Source of the DNA: Flavobacteriales bacterium
GTDB lineage: Bacteria > Bacteroidota > Bacteroidia > Flavobacteriales_D > CAJJDF01
Reading direction: 5' to 3'
Assembly: GCA_965657945.1 (NCBI GenBank)
Contig: CBFHPW010000001.1
Span: 2,948-66,947, forward strand
DNA: 64,000 nucleotides
The notes under the pieces are model-generated. The model did no database searches, was not told the DNA's origin, and worked only from the letters and a program-made list of their open reading frames with translations. Shown piece by piece: positions 29,800 through 41,027 of the stretch. Position numbers and translations under genes: made by a program. The first letter of the stretch is position 1. Every line of letters starts with the position of its first letter.

Positions 29800-30120
29800 T
29801 TATTTTCTTCCGTTTTGTTGCTGGTGCGCAGCAAAGTCGGTTATCAATGCAGATTTCTCAACTTTGACAATGGTACCGCCTTCAACTTTTAGTTTTACCG
29901 TAGTGTCCTGAATGGCACTAACAGTTCCATGAAGTCCACCAATAGTAACCACCTCGGCCCCTACGGCAAGAGCTTCTCTAAATGTTTTCAGTTCTTTCTG
30001 TTTTTTTAACTGTGGTCTTATCATGAAGAAATAAAAAACACCAAACATTAAGACCAGCATTATAATCATTTGCATTGGGTTACTTTCTCCACCTGGAGCC
30101 ATCAAAAATAATGTATTCAT
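29800..30120 (-). CDS. yajC: Preprotein translocase subunit YajC
   Basis: 106 aa. Single N-terminal TM plus the conserved core FFMIRPQLKKQKE...GGLHGTV. Confidence 0.85.
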   Translation of the reverse strand: MNTLFLMAPGGESNPMQMIIMLVLMFGVFYFFMIRPQLKKQKELKTFREALAVGAEVVTIGGLHGTVSAIQDTTVKLKVEGGTIVKVEKSALITDFAAHQQQNGRK

Positions 30121-30132
30121 AGTTTTCTTTTT

Positions 30133-30564
30133 TTAATTTTGGTTGGGACCCACAACCGTCCCAGTTAATTTTATTTTAGTATCGGCAGGTTGGGTATTTG
30201 CCGTAATGGTAATGAATTTTGTGTTGTCGCCCACTCTTCCTTCGGTATTAAATACAATGTCTACGGTGCCGCTTTCGCCTCTTAAGACCGGTTGCTTTGG
30301 CCAGTTCTTTGCTATTGTGCATCCGCAACTTCCATTGATATCGGCAATCACAAGCGGTCCTTTTCCGATGTTCTTGAAACGAAAGGTTTTTCTTATCTCA
30401 GCACCTTCAATCACGGTTCCAAAATCAAATTCAGTTTCCTCCAATTCTATTACTGGTGGATTTTTCATTTCAATAATGTCCGTAAAGTTTTCTTCTGTAA
30501 TTTCTGTGTTGCCACATGACAGAAGAAGTAGGGGAGAAAATAGAGCTAGGATAATACTTTTCAT
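30133..30564 (-). CDS. DUF1573 domain lipoprotein
   Basis: 143 aa. Lipoprotein signal LLLSC. FDFG...GSCGCT motif characteristic of DUF1573. Confidence 0.75.
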   Translation of the reverse strand: MKSIILALFSPLLLLSCGNTEITEENFTDIIEMKNPPVIELEETEFDFGTVIEGAEIRKTFRFKNIGKGPLVIADINGSCGCTIAKNWPKQPVLRGESGTVDIVFNTEGRVGDNTKFITITANTQPADTKIKLTGTVVGPNQN

Positions 30565-30566
30565 TC

Positions 30567-31532
30567 TTATTTCGGTATTGATTTATTCATTAAACCTCTT
30601 CCAGTTTTATTTATTTTACCCTCTTCTTTTAATTTTGCAAAAATCTTATCCAATAATCCGTTTATAAAGCCCTTACTTTTTGGAGTGCTGTAAAACTTGG
30701 AGATTTCTATGTACTCGTTCATGGTAACTTTTACCGGAATAGAAGGGAAGTCAATTGCCTCAATCAGTGCCATTCTCATCAAAATAACATCTGTCTTGGC
30801 TAACCTGTCTACGTCCCAGTTTTTGGTTTGAGCCGTAATTAAGTCTTCCAATTCATCTTCTTTCTGGATGGTATGCCTAAATAATACTTTGGCGTATTCT
30901 TCGTCCGTTTCATCTTTGAATAAAGGACTCAACCCTTCTATTCCAGAATCACTTTCGCTCATCGTTTCAAGTGTTTTTATCACTGCCATTGCCACAATGT
31001 CCAGGTCATCATTCCAGAATATGCTGTTGTCTTCAAGAACTTCGTGCAGCAACTCGTTGTTGATTACGAATCTTTTGAAAATGGTAATCAAAAATTCTTT
31101 GTCCTCTTCAAAAGAATCCCCACCACTATTCATGTACTCTTTGTATTCTTCTGAGTTCCTTAATTCTTTGAAAATCTGACTAATTACGGTAAAGGCTGCA
31201 TCTGATCTCCACTGAATTTTCATGTTGTCGATGTCTTTCTTGAGTTGACTATTTTGATTCAATAAAGCAAAAGCTTTGTTGTGAACCAATTTCATGTTGG
31301 GATTTAAGTCATCTTCTGTCGGGCGTAGCTTGGTTTTTGCATTTTCAATTTTTTCTTCCGAAACATTTTTTATCTCGTTGAAAACTGAAAGTAGTGTCAC
31401 GTACAATTCGTACACTTTGTTCAGGCTGAATAGGAGTTCTTTTTCTCCTTTGTCCAATTCTTTGTTGTTGGAGAAAATATAGGCGTACAATGCCAAGAAG
31501 GTTTTTATTCGTATATGTCTTCTAGATAGCAT
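30567..31532 (-). CDS. nusB: Transcription antitermination factor NusB (long Bacteroidota form)
   Basis: 321 aa. N-terminus SRRHIRIKTFLALYA. C-terminal NusB fold (WDVDRLAKTDVILMRMALIE, FINGLLDKI). Confidence 0.8.
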   Translation of the reverse strand: MLSRRHIRIKTFLALYAYIFSNNKELDKGEKELLFSLNKVYELYVTLLSVFNEIKNVSEEKIENAKTKLRPTEDDLNPNMKLVHNKAFALLNQNSQLKKDIDNMKIQWRSDAAFTVISQIFKELRNSEEYKEYMNSGGDSFEEDKEFLITIFKRFVINNELLHEVLEDNSIFWNDDLDIVAMAVIKTLETMSESDSGIEGLSPLFKDETDEEYAKVLFRHTIQKEDELEDLITAQTKNWDVDRLAKTDVILMRMALIEAIDFPSIPVKVTMNEYIEISKFYSTPKSKGFINGLLDKIFAKLKEEGKINKTGRGLMNKSIPK

Positions 31533-32623
31533 TAAAAAGAGAGTTTTATTTTTCCTATTTGTTCGATTCTTTCTTCAGCCATTTTGTTTGCAGCTAGGTA
31601 AGTTGGAATGTTTTCTTTTTCCGCTTTATCAAATATCGCCAAGGTAGTGTTGTAAATGTCTTTTGTTAAATCCATTACTCTTTCTTTGTCGTAACCTGTC
31701 ACTTCAAAAAAGCAATTGATCACACCTCCGGCATTAATCAAATAATCTGGAGCATAGGTAATTCCCATTTCCCTACACATTTCCCCGTGCTTTACCTCGT
31801 CTTGTAACTGATTGTTGGCAGCACCCGCTATGATTTTACACTTAAGTTTGTCCAAAGTATCGTCATTGACGGTTGCTCCCAAAGCACAAGGAGAATAAAT
31901 GTCTACATCCAAATCGTAAATATCTTCGGGAGCCACTACGGTAACTTTATATTCTTTAGCTATTCTGTCTAAAGTTGGCTGATAAATGTCTGTTACAAAA
32001 ATTTCTGCACCTTCTTTTTCTAGAAATTGGATTAAGTATTCGCCTACGTGTCCAGCGCCTTGCACAGATATTTTTTTTCCTTTTAAACTATCGTTACCGT
32101 AAGTTTTTTTTGCGGCAGCTTTCATTCCCATGTACACTCCATAGGCTGTCACTGGCGAAGGGTCTCCACTTTTTCCTGGCAATCCACTTACGTGGTTGGT
32201 TTCCATGTTTACCCATGTCATTTCTCTTGGAGACACACCCACATCTTCTGCAGTAATGTATTTTCCGCCCAAGCTATTCACAAATTTCCCAAACCTTCGG
32301 AAAAGGGCTTCGGATTTATCTGTGTGTGGATTTGCAATAATCACTGCTTTACCACCACCTAAGTTCAATCCAGAAATCGCAGACTTGTAAGTCATTCCTC
32401 TCGATAATCTAAGAACGTCATTCAGTGCCTCTGCTTCGCTTCCGTAATTCCACATTCTTGTTCCTCCCAAAGAAGGGCCTAGTGTTGTATTATGAATTGC
32501 AATAATTGCCTTTAAACCAGATTCTTTGTCATTACAGAACACAACTTGTTCGTGCCCCATCATTTCCATTCTGTTCAAAAGGAACCCATGTTCTTGAGCT
32601 TTTTCAGCTACTATATTTTCCAT
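31532..32623 (-). CDS. Leucine dehydrogenase (Glu/Leu/Phe/Val dehydrogenase family)
   Basis: 363 aa. Catalytic Lys motif GLNLGGGKAVI. Rossmann motif VQGAGHVG. Length is typical of LeuDH/ValDH. Confidence 0.75.
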   Translation of the reverse strand: MENIVAEKAQEHGFLLNRMEMMGHEQVVFCNDKESGLKAIIAIHNTTLGPSLGGTRMWNYGSEAEALNDVLRLSRGMTYKSAISGLNLGGGKAVIIANPHTDKSEALFRRFGKFVNSLGGKYITAEDVGVSPREMTWVNMETNHVSGLPGKSGDPSPVTAYGVYMGMKAAAKKTYGNDSLKGKKISVQGAGHVGEYLIQFLEKEGAEIFVTDIYQPTLDRIAKEYKVTVVAPEDIYDLDVDIYSPCALGATVNDDTLDKLKCKIIAGAANNQLQDEVKHGEMCREMGITYAPDYLINAGGVINCFFEVTGYDKERVMDLTKDIYNTTLAIFDKAEKENIPTYLAANKMAEERIEQIGKIKLSF

Positions 32624-32772
32624 GATTGATAAATTTATTTAAGGAGTACAAAATTACGATTATTATTTATTTTTTTGGACTTTAATTTCGAATTAAAAGT
32701 TTCCCCTTTTCAATCGAGTTTTTTGTCAATGAAAACATGTTTCTTTTGACGAAATTGTAAGTATTAAAAACT

Positions 32773-32780
32773 TATCTTTG
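32773..32780 (+). promoter_or_regulatory. -7 box candidate (TATCTTTG) immediately upstream of the ABC exporter ATG
   Basis: TAnnTTTG match ending 5 nt before the ATG at 32786. Confidence 0.3.
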
Positions 32781-32785
32781 TCCCG

Positions 32786-34555
32786 ATGAAATCACTCTCC
32801 TATTTAAATAAATACTTGATCAAATACAAGTGGCGCCTTATCTTGGGAACTATTTTTATAGCCGCTTCCAATTACTTTGGAGTGGAAATGCCACGACTAG
32901 TAAAAAAAGCAGTGGATTTGTTTGAAAAGAAAATCGGTTCTATTCAAGCATCCTCTTTATCTGAGATAGACCGGTCAGAAATTCTTGACGGAGCTTTTTA
33001 TTTGGCTTTAATTTATGTTGGATATTCCTTAATTCGTGGTTTTTTTGTGTTCCTAAACAGACAAACAATCATCATCATGTCACGGCTCATAGAGTACGAT
33101 TTGAAGAATGAAATTTACCAGCACTATCAGAAATTAACTCCGGCTTTTTACAAGCAAAATAATACCGGAGACTTAATGAACCGAATTTCTGAAGATGTGA
33201 GTAAAGTGAGAATGTATTTGGGGCCTGCAATTATGTATACAATAAATCTACTGGTATTGAGCGGATTGACTATTTATTACATGGTTTCGGTGAATGTAGA
33301 ACTCACGTTGTATGCATTGGCTCCTTTGCCTATAATGACTATTATGATTTATTACATCAGTAAAATCATGAATCGCAGGAGTGAAGAGGTTCAAGTTCAA
33401 CAGTCGCTTATATCTACTTTTGTTCAAGAATCTTTTTCAGGAATTAGAGTGGTGAAAGCATATAACATGCAAAAATCATTGAACCAAAGTTTTTTGAAGG
33501 AAGCGAACGAGTATCGTTCTAGGTCCATGAAGCTGGCAACTATCAATGCTTTTTTCTTTCCGGTAATTGTTTTATTGATTGGAGTAAGTACTGTGTTAAC
33601 GATTTACATTGGAGGGTTGAAAGCCAATGAAGGAATCATTACCAATGGAGATATTGCTGCCTTTGTTATTTATGTAAATATGCTTACCTGGCCATTTGCT
33701 TCTATAGGATGGGTTACTTCCATGGTTCAGCGTGCAGCTGCATCTCAAAAAAGAATCAATGAATTTCTGAATCAAAAACCTGCAATTTTTTCAAAAGCAG
33801 ATGCGGTAGAAATGAAAGGAGGAGATATTGTATTTGATGATGTGTCTTTCGTTTATCCTGATTCTGGAATAAAAGCGCTTCAAAACATTTCGTTTACCCT
33901 GCCTCGAGGAAAAACGTTAGGGATAATTGGTGAAACAGGTTCGGGTAAATCTACTGTTGCAAATATGATAGCTCGTTTGTACGATGTTGATTCAGGAGTA
34001 ATTCGTTTAGGGAATACAAACATTGAAGATATTGAATTGACTCAATTAAGAAGATCAATTGGGTATGTGCCTCAAGATGCCTTTTTGTTTTCTGATACAA
34101 TTGCTAACAACATTCAGTTTGGACTAAGTAATTTGGGGCCAAACAGTGATGAATTAATGATTGATGCCGCGAAAGATGCTCATATTTATTCCAATATTAT
34201 GGATTTTGAGAAAGGATTTGAAACGGTGGTTGGGGAAAGAGGTATTACCTTATCTGGTGGTCAAAAACAACGAGTTTCCATAGCTCGTGCAATTATAAAG
34301 CAACCAGATATATTGGTTTTTGATGATTGTTTGTCTGCCGTGGATACAGAAACGGAGGACATTATTTTAAGGAATTTAAAAAGAATCATGAAGGGTAAGA
34401 CTGCCGTGATAATCAGTCATCGAATTTCATCTTTAGAACATGCAGACCTCATTTTGGTAATGAACGAAGGACAAATAATCGAACAAGGTAATCATGAACA
34501 GCTAATGAGGCAGAATGGATATTACGCTTCTCTGAATGAAAAGCAAAAAGTATAA
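32786..34555 (+). CDS. ABC exporter, fused permease/ATP-binding protein (MsbA/multidrug type)
   Basis: 589 aa. 6-TM domain plus an NBD with Walker A GETGSGKST, signature LSGGQKQR and Walker B ILVFDD. Confidence 0.85.
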   Translation: MKSLSYLNKYLIKYKWRLILGTIFIAASNYFGVEMPRLVKKAVDLFEKKIGSIQASSLSEIDRSEILDGAFYLALIYVGYSLIRGFFVFLNRQTIIIMSRLIEYDLKNEIYQHYQKLTPAFYKQNNTGDLMNRISEDVSKVRMYLGPAIMYTINLLVLSGLTIYYMVSVNVELTLYALAPLPIMTIMIYYISKIMNRRSEEVQVQQSLISTFVQESFSGIRVVKAYNMQKSLNQSFLKEANEYRSRSMKLATINAFFFPVIVLLIGVSTVLTIYIGGLKANEGIITNGDIAAFVIYVNMLTWPFASIGWVTSMVQRAAASQKRINEFLNQKPAIFSKADAVEMKGGDIVFDDVSFVYPDSGIKALQNISFTLPRGKTLGIIGETGSGKSTVANMIARLYDVDSGVIRLGNTNIEDIELTQLRRSIGYVPQDAFLFSDTIANNIQFGLSNLGPNSDELMIDAAKDAHIYSNIMDFEKGFETVVGERGITLSGGQKQRVSIARAIIKQPDILVFDDCLSAVDTETEDIILRNLKRIMKGKTAVIISHRISSLEHADLILVMNEGQIIEQGNHEQLMRQNGYYASLNEKQKV

Positions 34556-34558
34556 TGA

Positions 34559-34594
34559 AGAGTCTTGAATGAGACACAGCTAATTCAAGACTCT
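34559..34594. terminator. Hairpin between convergent ABC exporter and katG genes
   Basis: AGAGTCTTGAAT-(12 nt)-ATTCAAGACTCT is a perfect 12-bp stem. There is no adjacent U-tract on either strand. Confidence 0.45.
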
Positions 34595-34601
34595 ACAAAT
34601 A

Positions 34602-36887
<2,286 letters not shown>

Positions 36888-36912
36888 AGGGATATTATTT
36901 ATTTATAAAAAC

Positions 36913-36942
36913 GATAGTTTAGATGTATATATTGATTTTATC
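36913..36942. promoter_or_regulatory. Candidate OxyR/LysR-type operator in the katG-oxyR divergent spacer
   Basis: GATAGtttagatgtatatattgattTTATC has terminal inverted GATA/TATC. ATAG-N7-gTAT partially matches the ATAG-N7-CTAT OxyR half-site pattern. It sits between the two -7 boxes. Confidence 0.25.
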
Positions 36943-36953
36943 AATGTTATTAC

Positions 36954-36961
36954 TAGTTTTG
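36954..36961 (+). promoter_or_regulatory. -7 box candidate (TAGTTTTG) for oxyR
   Basis: TAnnTTTG match ending 4 nt before the oxyR ATG at 36966. Confidence 0.3.
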
Positions 36962-36965
36962 TTGT

Positions 36966-37901
36966 ATGACAATTCAACAAATAAAATATGTGTTGGCAGT
37001 AGCCCAATACGCTCACTTCGAAAAAGCTGCCGAATCATGTTTCATAACTCAATCTACCCTGAGTACAATGATTAATAAACTAGAGGAAGAGATAGGGGTT
37101 TTTATTTTTAACCGGAAAACAAAACCCGTTACGATTACCAAAGAAGGTGAGCTGCTGATAGAGCGAATGAGAATTCTTCATTATGAGTTTGAGGCGCTTC
37201 AGAATACCGTGCAAGAGCTTAAAGGCGAACTGGTGGGCGAACTAAGAATTGCCATCATCCCTACAATTGCACCTTATCTTTTGCCCTTGTTTTTAGCAGA
37301 TTTTGCTAAAAAATTTCCAAGAGTAAAAATGATTGTGAGTGAAATGACTACGTCCAATATACAAAGATCTCTTAAAAGCAGAGCTATTGACGTTGCGATT
37401 TTGGCTATTCCTCTGGCTGATCCACAATTGAATGAAGTTGAGTTGTATGAAGAGCCCTTTTTGGTTTATGATTGTCGTTCTAGCCAAGTTAAAAAAACGA
37501 CTTCTGTGGGAGAATTAGATTTTGCCAACTTATGGTTTTTAGAGGATGGACATTGTTTAAGTACTCAAGTCAAGCAGATTTGCGAGTTGTCAAGCGATGC
37601 GCCTAACAAAAATGTTAATTTTCAGTTTAAAGCTGGGTCATTGGATAGTTTGATGAGGTTTACAAAAGCAAATAATGGAATTACTATTTTGCCTTTTTTA
37701 CTCTCAAATGAGCTCGAAAAATCGGAAAAGAATCGTCTCATTTCATTTTCAAACCCAGTTCCGGTGAGGAAGGTTGGTTTAATAACTCATAAACACTTTG
37801 TGAAAAAAAAGTTGTTAGTCGAAATGGAAAAATCAATTAAACAGTCCGTTTCTTCGTTGCTTCCGGAGCTAAAAGGGTGTGAAGCAATTGGTCCAGTTTA
37901 G
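36966..37901 (+). CDS. oxyR: LysR-family hydrogen-peroxide-sensing regulator OxyR
   Basis: 311 aa. N-terminal wHTH (IQQIKYVLAVAQYAHFEKAAESCFITQSTLS). GHCLSTQVKQIC has two Cys 9 residues apart, as in the OxyR redox pair. Divergent from katG. Confidence 0.8.
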   Translation: MTIQQIKYVLAVAQYAHFEKAAESCFITQSTLSTMINKLEEEIGVFIFNRKTKPVTITKEGELLIERMRILHYEFEALQNTVQELKGELVGELRIAIIPTIAPYLLPLFLADFAKKFPRVKMIVSEMTTSNIQRSLKSRAIDVAILAIPLADPQLNEVELYEEPFLVYDCRSSQVKKTTSVGELDFANLWFLEDGHCLSTQVKQICELSSDAPNKNVNFQFKAGSLDSLMRFTKANNGITILPFLLSNELEKSEKNRLISFSNPVPVRKVGLITHKHFVKKKLLVEMEKSIKQSVSSLLPELKGCEAIGPV

Positions 37902-38028
37902 TGTTTTTTTTGCTTTTGAGTTGTGAAATTTAAATCACTTTCATTGGTATAAAATGAGAATAGAATTATATCTAAAAAATGACAAATTTTATTTGTCGTT
38001 ATCCTATTTCATTCCACTAAATTCCACT

Positions 38029-38036
38029 TATCTTTG
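38029..38036 (+). promoter_or_regulatory. -7 box candidate (TATCTTTG) upstream of rlmD
   Basis: TAnnTTTG match 22 nt upstream of the ATG at 38058. Confidence 0.35.
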
Positions 38037-38057
38037 CCTGACTTAAAATCAATCCAA

Positions 38058-39515
38058 ATGAAAACCTACACGCCCCAAGACATAAAAAAAGGAAATATCT
38101 TAGAGATAGAAATAGAAGACATGGCTTTTGGAGGAAAAGGATTGGCAAAATTGCAAGTGGGCGAAAGTAAAATTGTGATGTTTGTGCCCAATACCATTCC
38201 TGGGCAAGTGGTGAAAGCAAGAATATTTAAAAAGCGCAAAAAACACTTAGAGGGAAAATTAATCGAAATAGTTTCGGCTTCGCAAGACGAGGTAGAAATG
38301 AAATTTCAGGCAATTTCGGGCGCTCCTTATCTTACTTTACCAGTTGAAAAACAACGAGAGTACAAACAACGAACCACTATCGAGCAATACCGCAGAATAG
38401 GAAAAGTAGCCAAAATCGAAGAATTGTTTGATACCTACATTGAGTCTCCCACCAGCTTTCATTACCGTAACAAAATGGAGTATGCTTTTAGTACCATTCG
38501 GTATGATTTTGAACAGGAAGAAACTCTAGATGATGAGTTTGCACTGGGTTTCAAGAGAAGAGGAACTTGGTGGATTGTTGAGAACCTAGACAAAGATTCG
38601 GGTTTGTTTGATGAGGAGTTTGAAAATAAACTGAAAGAGATTCGTGCTTACCTAGAAAAAACGGGATTGCCAACTTGGCATCCGCCAAAAAAACATGGGT
38701 TTTATCGGTATTTAACTGTAAGAAAGTCTTTTGCCAATAACCAACTGCTGTTGAATTTAACTACCTCAAAATCTGGCTTGGTTCATTTCGATAAACAAGC
38801 TTTCGTTGAATTTGTAACAAGCTTATTTGAAAATAGAGTTGCAGGAATTTTACATACAATCAACGACAGTTTAGGTGAACGTTCTCACAATGATGAGAAC
38901 GATTACGAGATGCTTTTTGGGGAGAACCTAATACAGGAAAATTTACTTGGCCTTTCGTTCGAAGTGAGCATGCAAAGTTTTTTTCAAACAAACCCAAAAT
39001 CTGCAGAGCGATTGTACTCCAAAGTGATTGATTACGTCATGGAAGATACCGAATATTCTTCTGGTGACACGGTAATGGATTTATTTTGTGGCACCGGGAC
39101 TATTGGACAATTGATTTCCAAAAAGACTGGCGTTCAAGTTGTTGGTGTAGATATTGTGTCTGAAGCAATTGAAAATGCCAAAGAAAATGCTAAACGAAAC
39201 GAAGTTGAGACGGCAAAATGGTTTGCGGCCGATGTGGGTAAGTTTCTCACCCAGTACCCTCAATATGAGGGGAAAATAAAAACCGTAGTTTTGGATCCGC
39301 CTCGTGGAGGAATTGCTCCTAAAACTTTGGTGAAAGTTACTCAAATTGACGCTCAACGAATTGTGTATGTGTCATGTAACCCAGCCACTCAATCTCGAGA
39401 TATTGAGGTTTTAAGAGAAAAAGGATATGAAATGACTAAAATAAGTTTTGTGGATCAATTCCCTCATACTGCGCATATTGAGGCAATCGCAGTCTTTGAA
39501 AAAACAAAAGATTAG
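38058..39515 (+). CDS. rlmD: 23S rRNA (uracil-C5)-methyltransferase RlmD/RumA family
   Basis: The ORF is open from 38034, but the ATG at 38058 (MKTYTPQDIKKG) is the likely start. TRAM domain N-terminus. SAM motif DLFCGTGTIG. Catalytic Cys in YVSCNPAT. Confidence 0.8.
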   Translation: MKTYTPQDIKKGNILEIEIEDMAFGGKGLAKLQVGESKIVMFVPNTIPGQVVKARIFKKRKKHLEGKLIEIVSASQDEVEMKFQAISGAPYLTLPVEKQREYKQRTTIEQYRRIGKVAKIEELFDTYIESPTSFHYRNKMEYAFSTIRYDFEQEETLDDEFALGFKRRGTWWIVENLDKDSGLFDEEFENKLKEIRAYLEKTGLPTWHPPKKHGFYRYLTVRKSFANNQLLLNLTTSKSGLVHFDKQAFVEFVTSLFENRVAGILHTINDSLGERSHNDENDYEMLFGENLIQENLLGLSFEVSMQSFFQTNPKSAERLYSKVIDYVMEDTEYSSGDTVMDLFCGTGTIGQLISKKTGVQVVGVDIVSEAIENAKENAKRNEVETAKWFAADVGKFLTQYPQYEGKIKTVVLDPPRGGIAPKTLVKVTQIDAQRIVYVSCNPATQSRDIEVLREKGYEMTKISFVDQFPHTAHIEAIAVFEKTKD

Positions 39516-39641
39516 TTTATTAACATAAATGTATAAAAAAACAAGGTTTTTATTAAAATTTGTTAAAAAAGAAACAAAATCACTTTTTTAGTAAAGAAAT
39601 CCTCCTTATTTTTGTTTCGTAAAGAAGAAAAAAGAGAAAGA

Positions 39642-40295
39642 ATGAGTACGATTTCAAAAATAATTGAAAAAGAAATATCCGCCTCTCCATTTTTGGAGGA
39701 ATCTATAGCTGAAGATTTAATAAATATCTCCTCACTTGCGAGAATGTTGCAGCCAAAAGTGGAAGAACAACTTGGAAAAACAGTGAAGACTGGTGCTCTC
39801 GTGATGGCGATAAATAGAATGGAGTTCGAGAAATTTAATTCCATCAATGGAAAAATAGAAAAATTCATGAATTCGTTGGGTGACATAATTATCCGAAGTA
39901 ACCTGAATGATTACGCCTTTAAGAATTCGCCAACATTGGCAACTGCCCAAATGAAGTTGCTGAAAGAATCGAGTGATAAAGTAGATGGTTTTTGCACCGT
40001 ATCACAAGGTGTTTATGAGTCCAATATTGTGGTAATTAAATCTTTGTCTCACAAGGTAAAGGAGTTGTTCAAGGACGAAACACTGTTGTTTAAAATGGAA
40101 GATTTGTCTTCTGTTACGCTGCGGTTACCAGATTTTAATGTGCCTGGCGCGTACTATTTTTTACTAAAAAAAATAGCTTGGGAAAATATAAATATTTTTG
40201 AAATTATTTCTACAACAAATGAAATTACCTTGGTAGTGAAGAATGAGGACATCGATCGAGTATTCTCATTGCTCATGTCATTTAAGAAAAAATAA
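39642..40295 (+). CDS. ACT-domain protein (aspartokinase regulatory-domain-like), function unknown
   Basis: 217 aa from the ATG at 39642. C-terminal NINIFEIISTTNEITLVVKNEDIDRVFSLL resembles aspartokinase ACT repeats. Its stop lies 3 nt before the gldF start. Confidence 0.45.
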   Translation: MSTISKIIEKEISASPFLEESIAEDLINISSLARMLQPKVEEQLGKTVKTGALVMAINRMEFEKFNSINGKIEKFMNSLGDIIIRSNLNDYAFKNSPTLATAQMKLLKESSDKVDGFCTVSQGVYESNIVVIKSLSHKVKELFKDETLLFKMEDLSSVTLRLPDFNVPGAYYFLLKKIAWENINIFEIISTTNEITLVVKNEDIDRVFSLLMSFKKK

Positions 40296-40298
40296 TCC

Positions 40299-41027
40299 AT
40301 GCTGGCACTAATAAAAAAAGAAGTTGGGAGTTTTTTTAGCTCCTTGGTTGGGTACATTACGATAGTCATATTTTTACTATCTATTGGTTTATTCATGTGG
40401 GTAATTCCTGGGGAGACAAATGTCTTTGATTCAGGATTTTCTGACTTAGGTTTTTTATTTACCAATGCACCGGCAATTTTCCTGTTTTTGATACCGGCTA
40501 TTACCATGCGACTGTTTGCTGAGGAAAGAAGAATGCAAACTTTAGAATTGTTGTTTACCAAACCTATTAGTGATTTTCAGATTGTTTTGGCCAAATACAT
40601 GGCAGGTATTATTTTGCTGGTTTTGAGTTTGTTACCTACTTTAGTGTATTATTTTTCAGTTGTTCAATTAGGAAACCCGGTAGGGAATATAGATTCAGGA
40701 GGAACAATTGGTTCTTATATTGGCTTGTTTTTCTTAGGTGCTAGCTTTTTGACGGTAGGTTTGTTTGCCTCTTCCATATCAACCAACCAAATTGTGTCAT
40801 TTTTGGTGGCGGTAGTTTTATGTTTTACGGTGTATTTGGGATTCGATTTTATCGGAAATAATATTGAATCAGGAGAAACTGCCTACCTCATCAAGAATTT
40901 TGGAATAGAAGAGCACTATGCCTCCATCCAGAGAGGAGTTATTGATAGTAGAGATTTATTGTACTTCATTAGTTTGATCGCAGTCTTTTTGTTGGCAACC
41001 AAATTGAGTTTAAAAAGAGGGAAATAA
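40299..41027 (+). CDS. gldF: Gliding-motility-associated ABC transporter permease GldF
   Basis: 242 aa ABC-2-type 6-TM permease. TAATG overlap with the downstream GldG-type gene. Size and order match the gldFG pair. Confidence 0.75.
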   Translation: MLALIKKEVGSFFSSLVGYITIVIFLLSIGLFMWVIPGETNVFDSGFSDLGFLFTNAPAIFLFLIPAITMRLFAEERRMQTLELLFTKPISDFQIVLAKYMAGIILLVLSLLPTLVYYFSVVQLGNPVGNIDSGGTIGSYIGLFFLGASFLTVGLFASSISTNQIVSFLVAVVLCFTVYLGFDFIGNNIESGETAYLIKNFGIEEHYASIQRGVIDSRDLLYFISLIAVFLLATKLSLKRGK

